In this document: in pieces, positions 51,618 to 64,000 of the stretch | Position numbering within the stretch: the first letter of the stretch is position 1 | How the letters are laid out: each line of letters begins with the position of its first letter | Source: an uncultured Clostridia bacterium | GTDB lineage: Bacteria; Bacillota; Clostridia; TANB77; CAG-508 | Direction of reading: 5' to 3' | Assembly: GCA_944387405.1 (NCBI GenBank) | Contig: CALXET010000002.1 | Coordinates: forward strand, 129,316-193,315 | Length of the DNA: 64,000 bases | Notes under the pieces: model-generated | The model's database searches: none | What the model saw: only the letters and a program-made list of their open reading frames with translations | Told to the model about the DNA's origin: nothing | Program-made: the position numbers and the translations under genes

Positions 51618-52454
51618 TTATATTTTATCTGTCTCTATTCCTCTTAATTCAAAGCTTTTATAAATCTTTTCCATATTTCTATACTTTCCGCTTCTAAGCT
51701 CTTCTTCATAAGATTCCATTTCAATATTATCTTCATTTTCTTTTAATTCTTTTTCTATATCATATGGAACATTCACTAGTTCAAATGATATTTCTTCATT
51801 TATATCTTTTGAATCATATTTTCCGGAAAGAATAACATAATTTGCAAGAGTAGTATTTTTAACATCTGCATCTTTATCTATATTTCTAAATACATCTATT
51901 GCATTTCCTACTGAACCTGAATTAATAATTGTTCTATTATATATTCTTTGAATAAAAGGTGTATGAATATGTCCATATACTATAATATCTGCTTTTTCAT
52001 TAGAAAGAGTATTTTCACTTGGCAAAAATAATGAATATAATCTGCCTATAGTATCTATATTTCCAATAAATCCGTTAATCTTTTCTGGTGTTGCATGAAA
52101 AAGTCTCACAAGTCTACCGCTTAAATAAAACTCAAATGAATATGGCAAATTTCTAAGATATTTTTTACTCTCATTTGATAATTTACTGTTTATCCAATCA
52201 ATTCTTTTAAGTTCTATTTCAGGTTTTGTTTCTCTTTCTACTTCACTTGTAAAATATGCATCACAATTTCCTTTTAAAACTATTTCGCAATTTTCTTTAA
52301 TCAAATTAACACATTCTTCTTGATGAGTTCCTTTTGCCACTATATCTCCTAAACAAAAAATCTTTTCTATATTTCTTTCTTTTATATCTTTTAAAACCAC
52401 TTTTAGTGCTTCTAAATTTCCATGTATATCTGAAATTATTGCTATTTTATCCAT
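51618..52454 (-). CDS. calcineurin-like metallophosphoesterase
   Basis: AIISDIHGNLEAL, LGDIV, GHIH motifs. Confidence 0.65.
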   Translation of the reverse strand: MDKIAIISDIHGNLEALKVVLKDIKERNIEKIFCLGDIVAKGTHQEECVNLIKENCEIVLKGNCDAYFTSEVERETKPEIELKRIDWINSKLSNESKKYLRNLPYSFEFYLSGRLVRLFHATPEKINGFIGNIDTIGRLYSLFLPSENTLSNEKADIIVYGHIHTPFIQRIYNRTIINSGSVGNAIDVFRNIDKDADVKNTTLANYVILSGKYDSKDINEEISFELVNVPYDIEKELKENEDNIEMESYEEELRSGKYRNMEKIYKSFELRGIETDKI

Positions 52455-52689
52455 TACTTTTATTTCCTTTTACTTATTTATTTTAATATCTCAACATTAA
52501 AATCTTTATGTAATGCATATTATACCATATTTATGAGTATATATAAAGATTGATATATTTATAAAATTTTTTTATTTTTACTATTACATGAAAATTTTTG
52601 CCATGATATAATATATATGCATGTAAACATGTAATAAGGTTTTCTATCCAATTACATGTTATTTTTCTGTGAGGAAAGGAGGAAGACAT

Positions 52690-53190
52690 ATGCCAAGTAA
52701 TAAAAAAGAAGGTATTATTTATGGAATTAGTATATGTTTTATTATGGTATTCTTTATGGGCCTTTTAAATATTTCAATTCATTTAGGAGGTTTTAACTTA
52801 AACTCTATTAAAACAACGCTTATTGCTTTTCCAGTAACTTTTGTAATTGCATTTGTTTTAGAAACATTTTTTGTTGGAAAAATAAATCATATACTATTAG
52901 ATAAATTCACTTCAAAAACAGACAGTATAAATGCTTTTATTCTATTCAATTGTTTTTTCATTGTTACTTTAATGTCACTTATTATGACAATCATTGGTGG
53001 CTTTTTAGGTGGAGATAATGCTAAAACAATATTTAGCGAATTTTTTATTAGATGGCCTAGAAATTTCTGTGCAGCATTCTTTTTAAATATATTAGTTGCA
53101 GGACCTATTAGTAGATTAATATTAAGAGCTATTCAATCAAAAAATACTCCTAATGAAAATACTAATTTATCATTTGAAAATAATATTTAA
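52690..53190 (+). CDS. DUF2798-like membrane protein
   Basis: Four TM helices. RBS aaggagg precedes ATG at 52690; the ORF-track start is 52669. Confidence 0.45.
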   Translation: MPSNKKEGIIYGISICFIMVFFMGLLNISIHLGGFNLNSIKTTLIAFPVTFVIAFVLETFFVGKINHILLDKFTSKTDSINAFILFNCFFIVTLMSLIMTIIGGFLGGDNAKTIFSEFFIRWPRNFCAAFFLNILVAGPISRLILRAIQSKNTPNENTNLSFENNI

Positions 53191-53265
53191 TTTCTATATA
53201 TTTCACGCAAAAAAATACACTATATATTACTTTAAAATAAAACATAGTGTATTTTTTTATTTATA

Positions 53266-53736
53266 TTAAGTTCTATAATTATTTCTATCTGCCCTTTCAT
53301 CAAACTCTCTATCATACGCCTTATTTCTATAAAACCAGTCTGTTTTCTTATCACCAGATTTTCCAACTCTATTTTTATTAATATAAACATCTATTAAATT
53401 AAATACTGGTATACCAACACCTACAAAAGCTGCAATAGCAGTAGATGTTGTTGCAACACCAACATTGCCTTCCATCATTGACGATATTGTAAATATTAAA
53501 TCGGAACCAAAATATAGCCAATACATCATAGCATATATAAATGTTGCTAGTAAATTTCTTTTTATCATTAATATAATACATGGAACAGAAGCAAATAATA
53601 AAGCAATCTCTATTCCCATGTTAAGTGGTACAAATCCTATATCTATTTCCATTGAAAAACAATATGCTACTACAAATCTAAATCCCCAAAATATTATAGT
53701 TAAAAAGGTCAGCAAATAGCTTATCATACTTATCAT
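53266..53736 (-). CDS. membrane protein (156 aa)
   Basis: Four TM helices. Confidence 0.4.
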   Translation of the reverse strand: MISMISYLLTFLTIIFWGFRFVVAYCFSMEIDIGFVPLNMGIEIALLFASVPCIILMIKRNLLATFIYAMMYWLYFGSDLIFTISSMMEGNVGVATTSTAIAAFVGVGIPVFNLIDVYINKNRVGKSGDKKTDWFYRNKAYDREFDERADRNNYRT

Positions 53737-53915
53737 AAAATATGCATCTCCTTTGTATAAATATATATAAATTTTAACATACTAAAAAATTAAAAGCAAT
53801 AATTTAATTAATGTTAATATATATAAAAAATAAAATTGAATATTAAAATTCAAATTGCATAAAAAAGAAAAAGGACCTTAAACATTTCTGTTTAGGTCGA
53901 ACTTTATTTAAGATT

Positions 53916-54626
53916 TTAATCATGTAATAATTTAATCATTTCTCCCATTGATAAATGGTAAGTTAAGAGTTTAATGTCATGTGCAAATCTCAAATCATCT
54001 ATTCCTTGCTTATGACAATCTCCTATAATCTCCTGTAGAGTCATATCTGTAAAATATGCTTCACAAACCTTTTCAATACCAATCGTAAAAGAAAATCTCA
54101 TATCTACTAATCTATTTAATAAAAAGAATTCTTCTCTTCGATTTTCTAAATCACCATTTATTTTAACTAGATCTCTTATAAAAAAGTCCCCCATTTTATA
54201 AGGATATACATATGGTTTATTTTTATAATAAAAAATCATTCCTGTATTCTTGAAGTTTTCCATATAATATAAATAATAATTTTGAATATTTACTAATCTT
54301 TCTTTCATTAATTTAGTAAAATATGATTTATTATATACCTGTCCATATTCATCCATCTTTTCGATTAATTTTATATCTTCTTTTGATAAGATGGCTTTCA
54401 TTTCTTCATCTGTTGCTTCATCTAAATAAAGTTTTTGTAGTGTTTGGATTTGTTCTTTTGCCTCATCAAATGCCGTTATAGCATCATCTTCATTTGGCTT
54501 AAAAGCAACTCTAGCATTTGATTTTTCTTTATCTGACATATATGTCAATAAAAAAGTTTGTTTTGTTAAAATGCAATATTCCTCAAAACTTGTAACTACT
54601 AATCCTCTTAATTTTTCTGTTTTCAC
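53916..54626 (-). CDS. hypothetical protein (236 aa)
   Basis: ORF only. Confidence 0.4.
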   Translation of the reverse strand: MKTEKLRGLVVTSFEEYCILTKQTFLLTYMSDKEKSNARVAFKPNEDDAITAFDEAKEQIQTLQKLYLDEATDEEMKAILSKEDIKLIEKMDEYGQVYNKSYFTKLMKERLVNIQNYYLYYMENFKNTGMIFYYKNKPYVYPYKMGDFFIRDLVKINGDLENRREEFFLLNRLVDMRFSFTIGIEKVCEAYFTDMTLQEIIGDCHKQGIDDLRFAHDIKLLTYHLSMGEMIKLLHD

Positions 54627-54925
54627 ATTGATCTACATGTATCCACCAGTCTTATTTGGATACGTCTCCTTTTAATATTTTTTCTTTTGTGAATAAATCT
54701 TAAATAAAATACAATTATTATTCAGGAACTTTTATCTTCCCTCCTTTATAATAATTCTTTTCCGAAATAAATACTGTACTTTATTCCTAATAAATTAATC
54801 ACGTATTATATTATATCATGTATTATGCATTATGTCTACCAACATCATTCTCATCAAAAAAATACCCTATAACAATTGCTATAGGATATTTACTCTTAAT
54901 ATTTAATTTTTATTTCAATCTAATA

Positions 54926-55246
54926 TTAGTCTTCATCTACAAAGTTAAATTCATCTTTGAATTTTTCTTTAAATATTTCAAATACTGCATTTAATGTTTC
55001 TTCGTCATCAACACTAACATAAGATTCTTCGTCTTCGTTTTCTGTTTCTTCAACCTTTAATATAACAACTTCTCCAAGATCTTCCTCTCCTTCAGCTGTT
55101 ACAGGTAATAATATAACATATTCTTCTGAATCATATTCTACTAAATCTAAGAATTCAAATTGAACTTCTTCGCCATTTTCATCATTTAATACGATTATGT
55201 TATTTAAATCTTCATTTAATTCTAAATCGTCCTTGTTCTCATCCAT
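54926..55246 (-). CDS. DUF1292 (YrzB-like) acidic protein
   Basis: Highly acidic ~100-aa protein in the conserved ireB-ruvX-DUF1292 neighbourhood. Confidence 0.6.
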   Translation of the reverse strand: MDENKDDLELNEDLNNIIVLNDENGEEVQFEFLDLVEYDSEEYVILLPVTAEGEEDLGEVVILKVEETENEDEESYVSVDDEETLNAVFEIFKEKFKDEFNFVDED

Positions 55247-55355
55247 TTTTATTTTCTCCTTTCATATTATAAATCTTCTTGTTTATTTTAAAATATTAAT
55301 ATCGATTTATAATTGCTGTATATAATATATACTAAATTACATATTATTGCAACAA

Positions 55356-55785
55356 TTAATTTGATTTTATTTTATTCATATACATTTCTAATATATAAAC
55401 AGCAGAAATTGTATCTACTAAGTTCCTTTTATTTTTCTTGTTAATATTCAAATCATTCATTGTTCTATGAGCTTCTACAGTAGTTAATCTTTCGTCTATT
55501 GTCTCTATTTTTATTTTATTATATTTGCATTTTAATTTATGAATAAATTTATTTGTTACATCCACTCTATCAGAAGATGATCCATTCATATTATATGGCA
55601 TTCCGACTACTATAGTAGATATCTCATATTCTTGCATAATTTCATCTAATCTTTTAAGTAAAATCTTATCATTTCCTTTATGATGTATTGTTTCCAATCC
55701 TTGAGCAGTTATTCCGAAGTGCATCAGATATAGCAAGTCCTACTCTACTATCACCATAATCAATTCCTAAAATTCTTTTTCCCAT
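55356..55785 (-). pseudogene. ruvX: Holliday-junction resolvase-like RuvX/YqgF carrying a +1 frameshift (430 nt instead of 429)
   Basis: ATG at 55783-55785 gives MGKRILGIDYGDSRVGLAISDAL and then leaves the frame. The rest of the protein (GITAQGLETIHHK...VGMPYNMNGS...) is in the +1 frame, starting at about 55716 (sequence cttCgga where ctt gga is expected). The catalytic Asp of GIDYGD is in the orphaned N-terminal piece. Confidence 0.6.
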
Positions 55786-55786
55786 A

Positions 55787-56038
55787 TTATTCAAGTCCTA
55801 TATAATTTTTTAACATTTTTTCTAATAATTCATCTCTTTCTACAGATCTTATTAAGTTTCTTGCATTTTTATGGCTAGTTATATAAGTTGGGTCTCCTGA
55901 TAAAATATATCCAACTAATTGATTTATAGGATTATATCCTTTTTCTACTAAAGCCTCATAAACTTCTTTCATTATCTCTTGAGTTTTAGCATTATCTTCT
56001 TTTTCAACACTAAATTTCATTGTCTTATCAAAATCCAT
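55787..56038 (-). CDS. ireB: UPF0297/IreB-family protein
   Basis: [36 protein letters not shown] is the IreB signature. Confidence 0.75.
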   Translation of the reverse strand: MDFDKTMKFSVEKEDNAKTQEIMKEVYEALVEKGYNPINQLVGYILSGDPTYITSHKNARNLIRSVERDELLEKMLKNYIGLE

Positions 56039-56052
56039 ATAATATCACTCCT

Positions 56053-57138
56053 TTATATAAAATTAATATTGTGTTCACTCTTATCAGCAGTATCTAGATA
56101 TTCTTCTAGTTTAGCTGTAACTTTCTCGACCCCAGTTCCTTTATAATAAGTTGATACTACAAAATCAACTAAAGGTTTTGCATATTTTTTCTCTCCAGTA
56201 GGTGATACATATTCTATTTCTATACTCTCTAAATCATCTCTTAATTCTTTTGTAACTTTTGTTACATAATCATCATCTTTTCCAACAAATACTATAACAA
56301 ATTTAGGTCCCATATATCTTACAAAAATCTCTCCGGCATCTATTGAAGTCTTAACCCAATTTGCTACTGAAATAATTATATTATTTCCAGTTTCTCTACT
56401 ATATGCCTTATTTATTTCCTCAATGTTCATTATTCTAAACATACATACTGTAGATGTAGGCTGTGAGTCAATTTTTGCTTTAGCTTGTCCATATAAATAT
56501 TCTGCTGAATATAAGCCTGTAAATTGATCTGTTCTTACTATACTTTCCATTGCTTCCTGATAAGATACTGTTTTTACTAATGCAACTATATCATCTCTTA
56601 TAACTTCCAAAAGTGTTGTATCAACTTTATCAAAAGCATGCATAACTGAACTTTCTATAATCCAGTATCCAATATATACATTATCTATAAATAATGGGAA
56701 AAACATTGCTGATTTTGCTCTACCAAAATCCATCTTTTGATATGGAAGTTTTTCTCCTTCTTGATCAACTGTTATATATTTTGGTACTGCATTTGTAATA
56801 CTTTCTTTAAAAACTTCTTCTGTATGAAGATTTGTTAAATTTGGCCAATATTTTTGATCTGTATTTGAAGCTTTTAAAATATATTCAGCTCCATTGAACA
56901 CTACAATAGTTGAATACTTAATCTCAAATTTTTCAATTAAAACATCATTAACCTTTTTTATCTTCTCATCTACAGATATATCCTCACCAGTAATATCCAT
57001 AAAATCTTGCAATACGTTCAAATTATTAATTTTTTTAGAAATATTATTATAAGTATTTAATTTATTTTTTATATCAATATTATAAAAAATTAAAATTGCA
57101 ACTATTGCTACCAGTATCACTATAGGTACTAAAGCCAA
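56053..57138 (-). CDS. membrane sensor protein with degenerate GGDEF domain (GGDEF replaced by MGPKF)
   Basis: N-terminal TM, central GAF-like region, C-terminal DQFTGLYSAEYL...RYMGPKFVIVF resembling an inactive diguanylate-cyclase fold. Confidence 0.5.
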   Translation of the reverse strand: MALVPIVILVAIVAILIFYNIDIKNKLNTYNNISKKINNLNVLQDFMDITGEDISVDEKIKKVNDVLIEKFEIKYSTIVVFNGAEYILKASNTDQKYWPNLTNLHTEEVFKESITNAVPKYITVDQEGEKLPYQKMDFGRAKSAMFFPLFIDNVYIGYWIIESSVMHAFDKVDTTLLEVIRDDIVALVKTVSYQEAMESIVRTDQFTGLYSAEYLYGQAKAKIDSQPTSTVCMFRIMNIEEINKAYSRETGNNIIISVANWVKTSIDAGEIFVRYMGPKFVIVFVGKDDDYVTKVTKELRDDLESIEIEYVSPTGEKKYAKPLVDFVVSTYYKGTGVEKVTAKLEEYLDTADKSEHNINFI

Positions 57139-57165
57139 AATAATTCACCTCTTCTATATAGTATT

Positions 57166-60516
<3,351 letters not shown>

Positions 60517-60543
60517 TTGTTAAAACCTCCAAACGTAATTGTT

Positions 60544-61032
60544 TTACAATACCCATCCTCTAGTTACTACTGCAAACACTAAAGGTAAAACCTGACATAT
60601 TACTAAAGCTGTAACAAAAGCAATTACTAAATTAAAACCTCTATCTCTAACATCCAACTTTCTAATACCAATAACATATTGGTATATTGCACCAACTGCA
60701 ATACCTACGAAGCAGAATGGAATACTATAAATCCTAAGAGTATCTAATATAAGCGCTACTACACCATATACATCTGATCCATATTTATCTGAATATTGTT
60801 CAAATTTTGATTTAAACTCTTCTTTCATTTGTGCAAATTTTGTAGCGTTCTCTGTTTCTAAGACGTTTTTTTCTGTAGCAATTTGCGTACCTTGCGTACT
60901 TTCCTGTCCGGCATTATTCGTGCTAGATGTATTAGCAGGAACGTTTGTCATATTTGAAGTTGCATATATTGGCATTGCGAACATTATAATTAACATAAAT
61001 ATTACTACAGAATAATATAAGAATTTTTTCAT
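60544..61032 (-). CDS. secreted/membrane hypothetical protein (162 aa)
   Basis: Signal peptide plus two C-terminal TM helices. Confidence 0.45.
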   Translation of the reverse strand: MKKFLYYSVVIFMLIIMFAMPIYATSNMTNVPANTSSTNNAGQESTQGTQIATEKNVLETENATKFAQMKEEFKSKFEQYSDKYGSDVYGVVALILDTLRIYSIPFCFVGIAVGAIYQYVIGIRKLDVRDRGFNLVIAFVTALVICQVLPLVFAVVTRGWVL

Positions 61033-61230
61033 CTATGTATCCCCCATTTTTTTGATTTTCGCCTAATTTTATACATATATAATCATACAATAATTTAAAA
61101 AAAATAGCAATAAAATAACAATAAAAAATGTTACAATTACGCATTATTTTAATAAAATCATTAAAACTTAATAAAATTTAATATAAAGTTTAGTGGCATT
61201 TAGTATTTTAACTAGATGCCACTAAAAATC

Positions 61231-62502
61231 TTATAACCTTTCATATAAATATTTCATCCATTTAAAAGTTGCATTTGCCCAATTCTTATCACTTGCATAT
61301 CTTTTATTTACACCTTTTAAATTTGGTCCATTATAGTATTTTCCAGTTGCTGTTTCTCCATCATATATTTCTGTACCTTTCTCATTTAAATAATGTTTAA
61401 CTAAAACTCTTGCAACTAAATCTATTCCTTCAGAATACGTTTCAAAATCATATGCTCCACCATAAGGATTACTATCATATGCACCATATCCAAATAAGTT
61501 TTTCTTATCTTGTGCTATTTTAGATGTTCCCCATCCACCTTCATGTATCGCCATTGCAGCCAAATAAATACCATTTATATTATATTGTTTTTCAGCATAA
61601 TAAAAATATTCTGCATTATCTTCTATAACATGTTTTTTATCTTCTTTATTTCCTGATAAAACTTTTTTGAATTGTTCTAGTGTAAATCCACTTGGTTTAT
61701 TTAAATCCATATCAATATCAAGTGATGCTAGAAGCTCCTCTTTTGAATATTCTACACCATCTTTAAACTCACCAACAGCATTAGGATTTTTTGCTGTAAA
61801 ACAATTAGCTTGGGCATATCCTAAAAAGTTTTCATACTTTACTTTATACCATTCACCAGAAATCTCAACTAATCTAACCTCATCATTTTGTTTTAAGACA
61901 CACACTTTGTTAGATTTATTATTTGCCGCTTCTCTTAAAGTTAGTGATGATGGAGTAACATATAACTTATCTCCGACCTCAGGCGTATATGTATATGTTC
62001 CAGAACCTGTGCCTATCTCTACAATCTTATCAATAGTACCTTTAGTAATTCTACTAGTTACTCTTTCTTCTCCTATGTATTCATTTCCAAGATAAGATTT
62101 TACAACAATAACCTGCTGTGATCCATCTACACCTTCTTGTACCGTCTTAAGTTGTCCTTGTGGAAGTTCTGGATTTTCTCTATATAATGTTTTATAATCT
62201 AAATCCATTTCATCTACTACTAATGTTTTTGTTTCTACATCTTTTGTATTTTCATTTAATATGTTTTTTATATCTAATACATCCATGTTTTTCTCGATAG
62301 TAATCTCCTTTTTAGCCTCAGCTTCTTTTTGTGTATCTATAGATTCCCTACTTAAAACATCTTCTGCTGCATTAGAGTTTTTAACTAAAAATCTTGTAAG
62401 TAATAATGCACAAACTATTATAACTATAAGTAGTATAATGACAATTATTCTTCTTTTTTTACTTTTCTTTGCTGGTTCAATTACATATTCTACTCTTTTC
62501 AT
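61231..62502 (-). CDS. peptidoglycan hydrolase (G5 and SH3-like regions plus mannosyl-glycoprotein endo-beta-N-acetylglucosaminidase domain)
   Basis: GIYLAAMAIHEGGWGTSKIA...FGYGAYD glucosaminidase motif; N-terminal TM anchor. Confidence 0.6.
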   Translation of the reverse strand: MKRVEYVIEPAKKSKKRRIIVIILLIVIIVCALLLTRFLVKNSNAAEDVLSRESIDTQKEAEAKKEITIEKNMDVLDIKNILNENTKDVETKTLVVDEMDLDYKTLYRENPELPQGQLKTVQEGVDGSQQVIVVKSYLGNEYIGEERVTSRITKGTIDKIVEIGTGSGTYTYTPEVGDKLYVTPSSLTLREAANNKSNKVCVLKQNDEVRLVEISGEWYKVKYENFLGYAQANCFTAKNPNAVGEFKDGVEYSKEELLASLDIDMDLNKPSGFTLEQFKKVLSGNKEDKKHVIEDNAEYFYYAEKQYNINGIYLAAMAIHEGGWGTSKIAQDKKNLFGYGAYDSNPYGGAYDFETYSEGIDLVARVLVKHYLNEKGTEIYDGETATGKYYNGPNLKGVNKRYASDKNWANATFKWMKYLYERL

Positions 62503-62640
62503 ACATTTTCTCCTATAAATATTTTAATATCTACATAACTTTTTGTCAATTAAATAAAATAGGATTTAATTCCTTTAATTTCCTTGAAAAAATGCTAAAT
62601 CTGGTATATATTAATAATATAAAATTTCACGGAGGATAAA

Positions 62641-63492
62641 ATGATTTTAGAAAACGATAGAAAAAAAGTAATAACTTTTAGAATTGTTTTTGGTATTGTG
62701 ATTTTTATCATAATTATAGGTGTTATTATCTATTTTAATTTAATTAATAAAACAGATGATGCATCTTCAAAAAATAATCAAAACATTTCTCAAGGAAGTA
62801 AATCTAATGAAGATGAGAAAACAATTTTTGAAATAGATAATATCTTATTATACAGTTCAGCAAACGCTTTAAACAACTCTGAAACACAAAAAGATTATTG
62901 GAATTTGAACATATACCAATATACAGATATGTCTATTAGTATTAATAATCACGTTTATTCTGACAAATTGACTTCTAAGAATTTAGTAAGTAAGCTTTAT
63001 ATTGATAATGTTAATTTTTCTGTAAAACCTACTCTTGGCTCTCCAGGACTTTTTTATAAAAATCCTAATTCTTTAGGAATGCCAGTTGTAGATGATTTAG
63101 ATAATCAAATTACAGATAGAATGGATTTTACAGTTAATTCTGTAAATAGCACAGTCGATTATACTAAACCTTCTTTTTATACAGACTGTTCTAATCCACT
63201 TACATTATCATATGTTAATTCAAATGTTTATTCTAGCTTAATAATTAAAAACAATGCATCTTCTGTAACCTTCGATGGATCACTTCTACAAAAATCAGGA
63301 ACAAAACTTTCTAATATCCAAGCAACTGTTAATTTTACAATTCATATTGAAAATGCACTTGGTGAAGAATATATTTGTGATGTAGAAATTCCTATCCCAC
63401 TTGAAGATGAATCTCAATCAATACTTGATGGTCACTATGTTACTGAATTAACAAATTTGGAAGAATATAAATTTACTAGAGTAATAAAATAG
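62641..63492 (+). CDS. membrane-anchored extracellular hypothetical protein
   Basis: RBS ggagg; N-terminal TM. Confidence 0.45.
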   Translation: MILENDRKKVITFRIVFGIVIFIIIIGVIIYFNLINKTDDASSKNNQNISQGSKSNEDEKTIFEIDNILLYSSANALNNSETQKDYWNLNIYQYTDMSISINNHVYSDKLTSKNLVSKLYIDNVNFSVKPTLGSPGLFYKNPNSLGMPVVDDLDNQITDRMDFTVNSVNSTVDYTKPSFYTDCSNPLTLSYVNSNVYSSLIIKNNASSVTFDGSLLQKSGTKLSNIQATVNFTIHIENALGEEYICDVEIPIPLEDESQSILDGHYVTELTNLEEYKFTRVIK

Positions 63493-63507
63493 AAAGGACT
63501 TTATTTT

Positions 63508-64000
63508 ATGAATAAAAGTAATCCAAAATCAAAAATAAATTATATTGAAAAACATTACTTTAAAAGAGATGATTTCTCTGATTTAAAAGAAATGATTTAT
63601 ACTGTTGGTAAAAAGTATTCTAGTAAAACTGCTTTTAAGCTAAAAGATAATGCTGGTCAAATATATAATGTATCATATTTTGAATTTTTAAAAGATGTTG
63701 AAGCATTAGGAACTGCATTAATTAATAATGGATTTAAAAATAAATTTATTGCTATTGTTGGAAAAAACAGTTATAAATGGTCTGTGTCATATCTTGCTGC
63801 TTGTATAACAGGAGTTGTAGTTCCGATAGATAAAGAATTAAAAGTACATGATATGATAACTTTTCTAAATGAATCTAACTCTCAAGTAATTCTTGGTGAT
63901 TCAAAATATTTAGAAGAAATAAAGGCAAATGAAAATTTATTAAATAATAAAAATTTAATATACATAGACTTTAATAAAGAATCTTCTAGTACAGATAATG
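63508..64000 (+). CDS. AMP-dependent synthetase/ligase (acyl-CoA synthetase family), 5' part
   Basis: N-terminal region of an AMP-binding enzyme (YNVSYFEFLKDVEALGTAL..., IAIVGKNSYKWSVSYLAAC); continues beyond the window. Confidence 0.55.
   Translation, partial: MNKSNPKSKINYIEKHYFKRDDFSDLKEMIYTVGKKYSSKTAFKLKDNAGQIYNVSYFEFLKDVEALGTALINNGFKNKFIAIVGKNSYKWSVSYLAACITGVVVPIDKELKVHDMITFLNESNSQVILGDSKYLEEIKANENLLNNKNLIYIDFNKESSSTDN

Overview
Low-GC (roughly 25-30% GC) Firmicutes/Clostridia-like chromosomal window, coded mostly on the minus strand.

Housekeeping backbone:
- serS 3' end, engB, gltX, HAD hydrolase, RNase J.
- Heat-shock operon hrcA-grpE-dnaK-(MazG-like)-dnaJ, with two CIRCE-like operators and a sigmaA promoter upstream of hrcA.
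- hemW, whiA, prmC, upp plus a uracil permease, and an uninterrupted sigK.
- Flavodiiron protein plus rubredoxin, recN, rdgB, pepT.
- tRNA-Glu followed by mrnC-rbgA.
- ireB-ruvX-DUF1292.

Three things stand out.

(i) Eight single-gene islands of clearly higher GC (about 40-50%) sit in intergenic gaps between native genes. Each has its own TGTGnTATAAT-type extended -10 promoter, a strong AGGAGG-type SD and a GC-rich intrinsic terminator. One is an E. coli-type purB, one a cupin, one a GNAT, and five encode unknown proteins. A GC-richer ~200-nt structured non-coding element lies upstream of prmC.

(ii) An accessory patch at 36.8-46.7 kb ends at tRNA-Glu. A 64-bp direct repeat (tRNA 3' end plus its terminator) brackets a lone AAA+ (DUF4143-type) ATPase gene. 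The patch also holds a truncated uvrA-like fragment, a frameshifted GNAT, an Ltp-type superinfection-exclusion-like protein with tandem repeats, and many small membrane proteins.

(iii) Several unusual proteins:
- A 1116-aa protein combining a REC-like domain, two AT-hooks, seven LPGFE repeats, a poly-Asn tract and a ParA/MinD-like domain, next to a degenerate-GGDEF membrane protein.
- A Nudix-inorganic pyrophosphatase fusion.
- An orphan radical-SAM/SPASM-like enzyme.
- A +1 frameshifted ruvX.

No CRISPR array, rRNA or recognisable transposase/integrase was seen.
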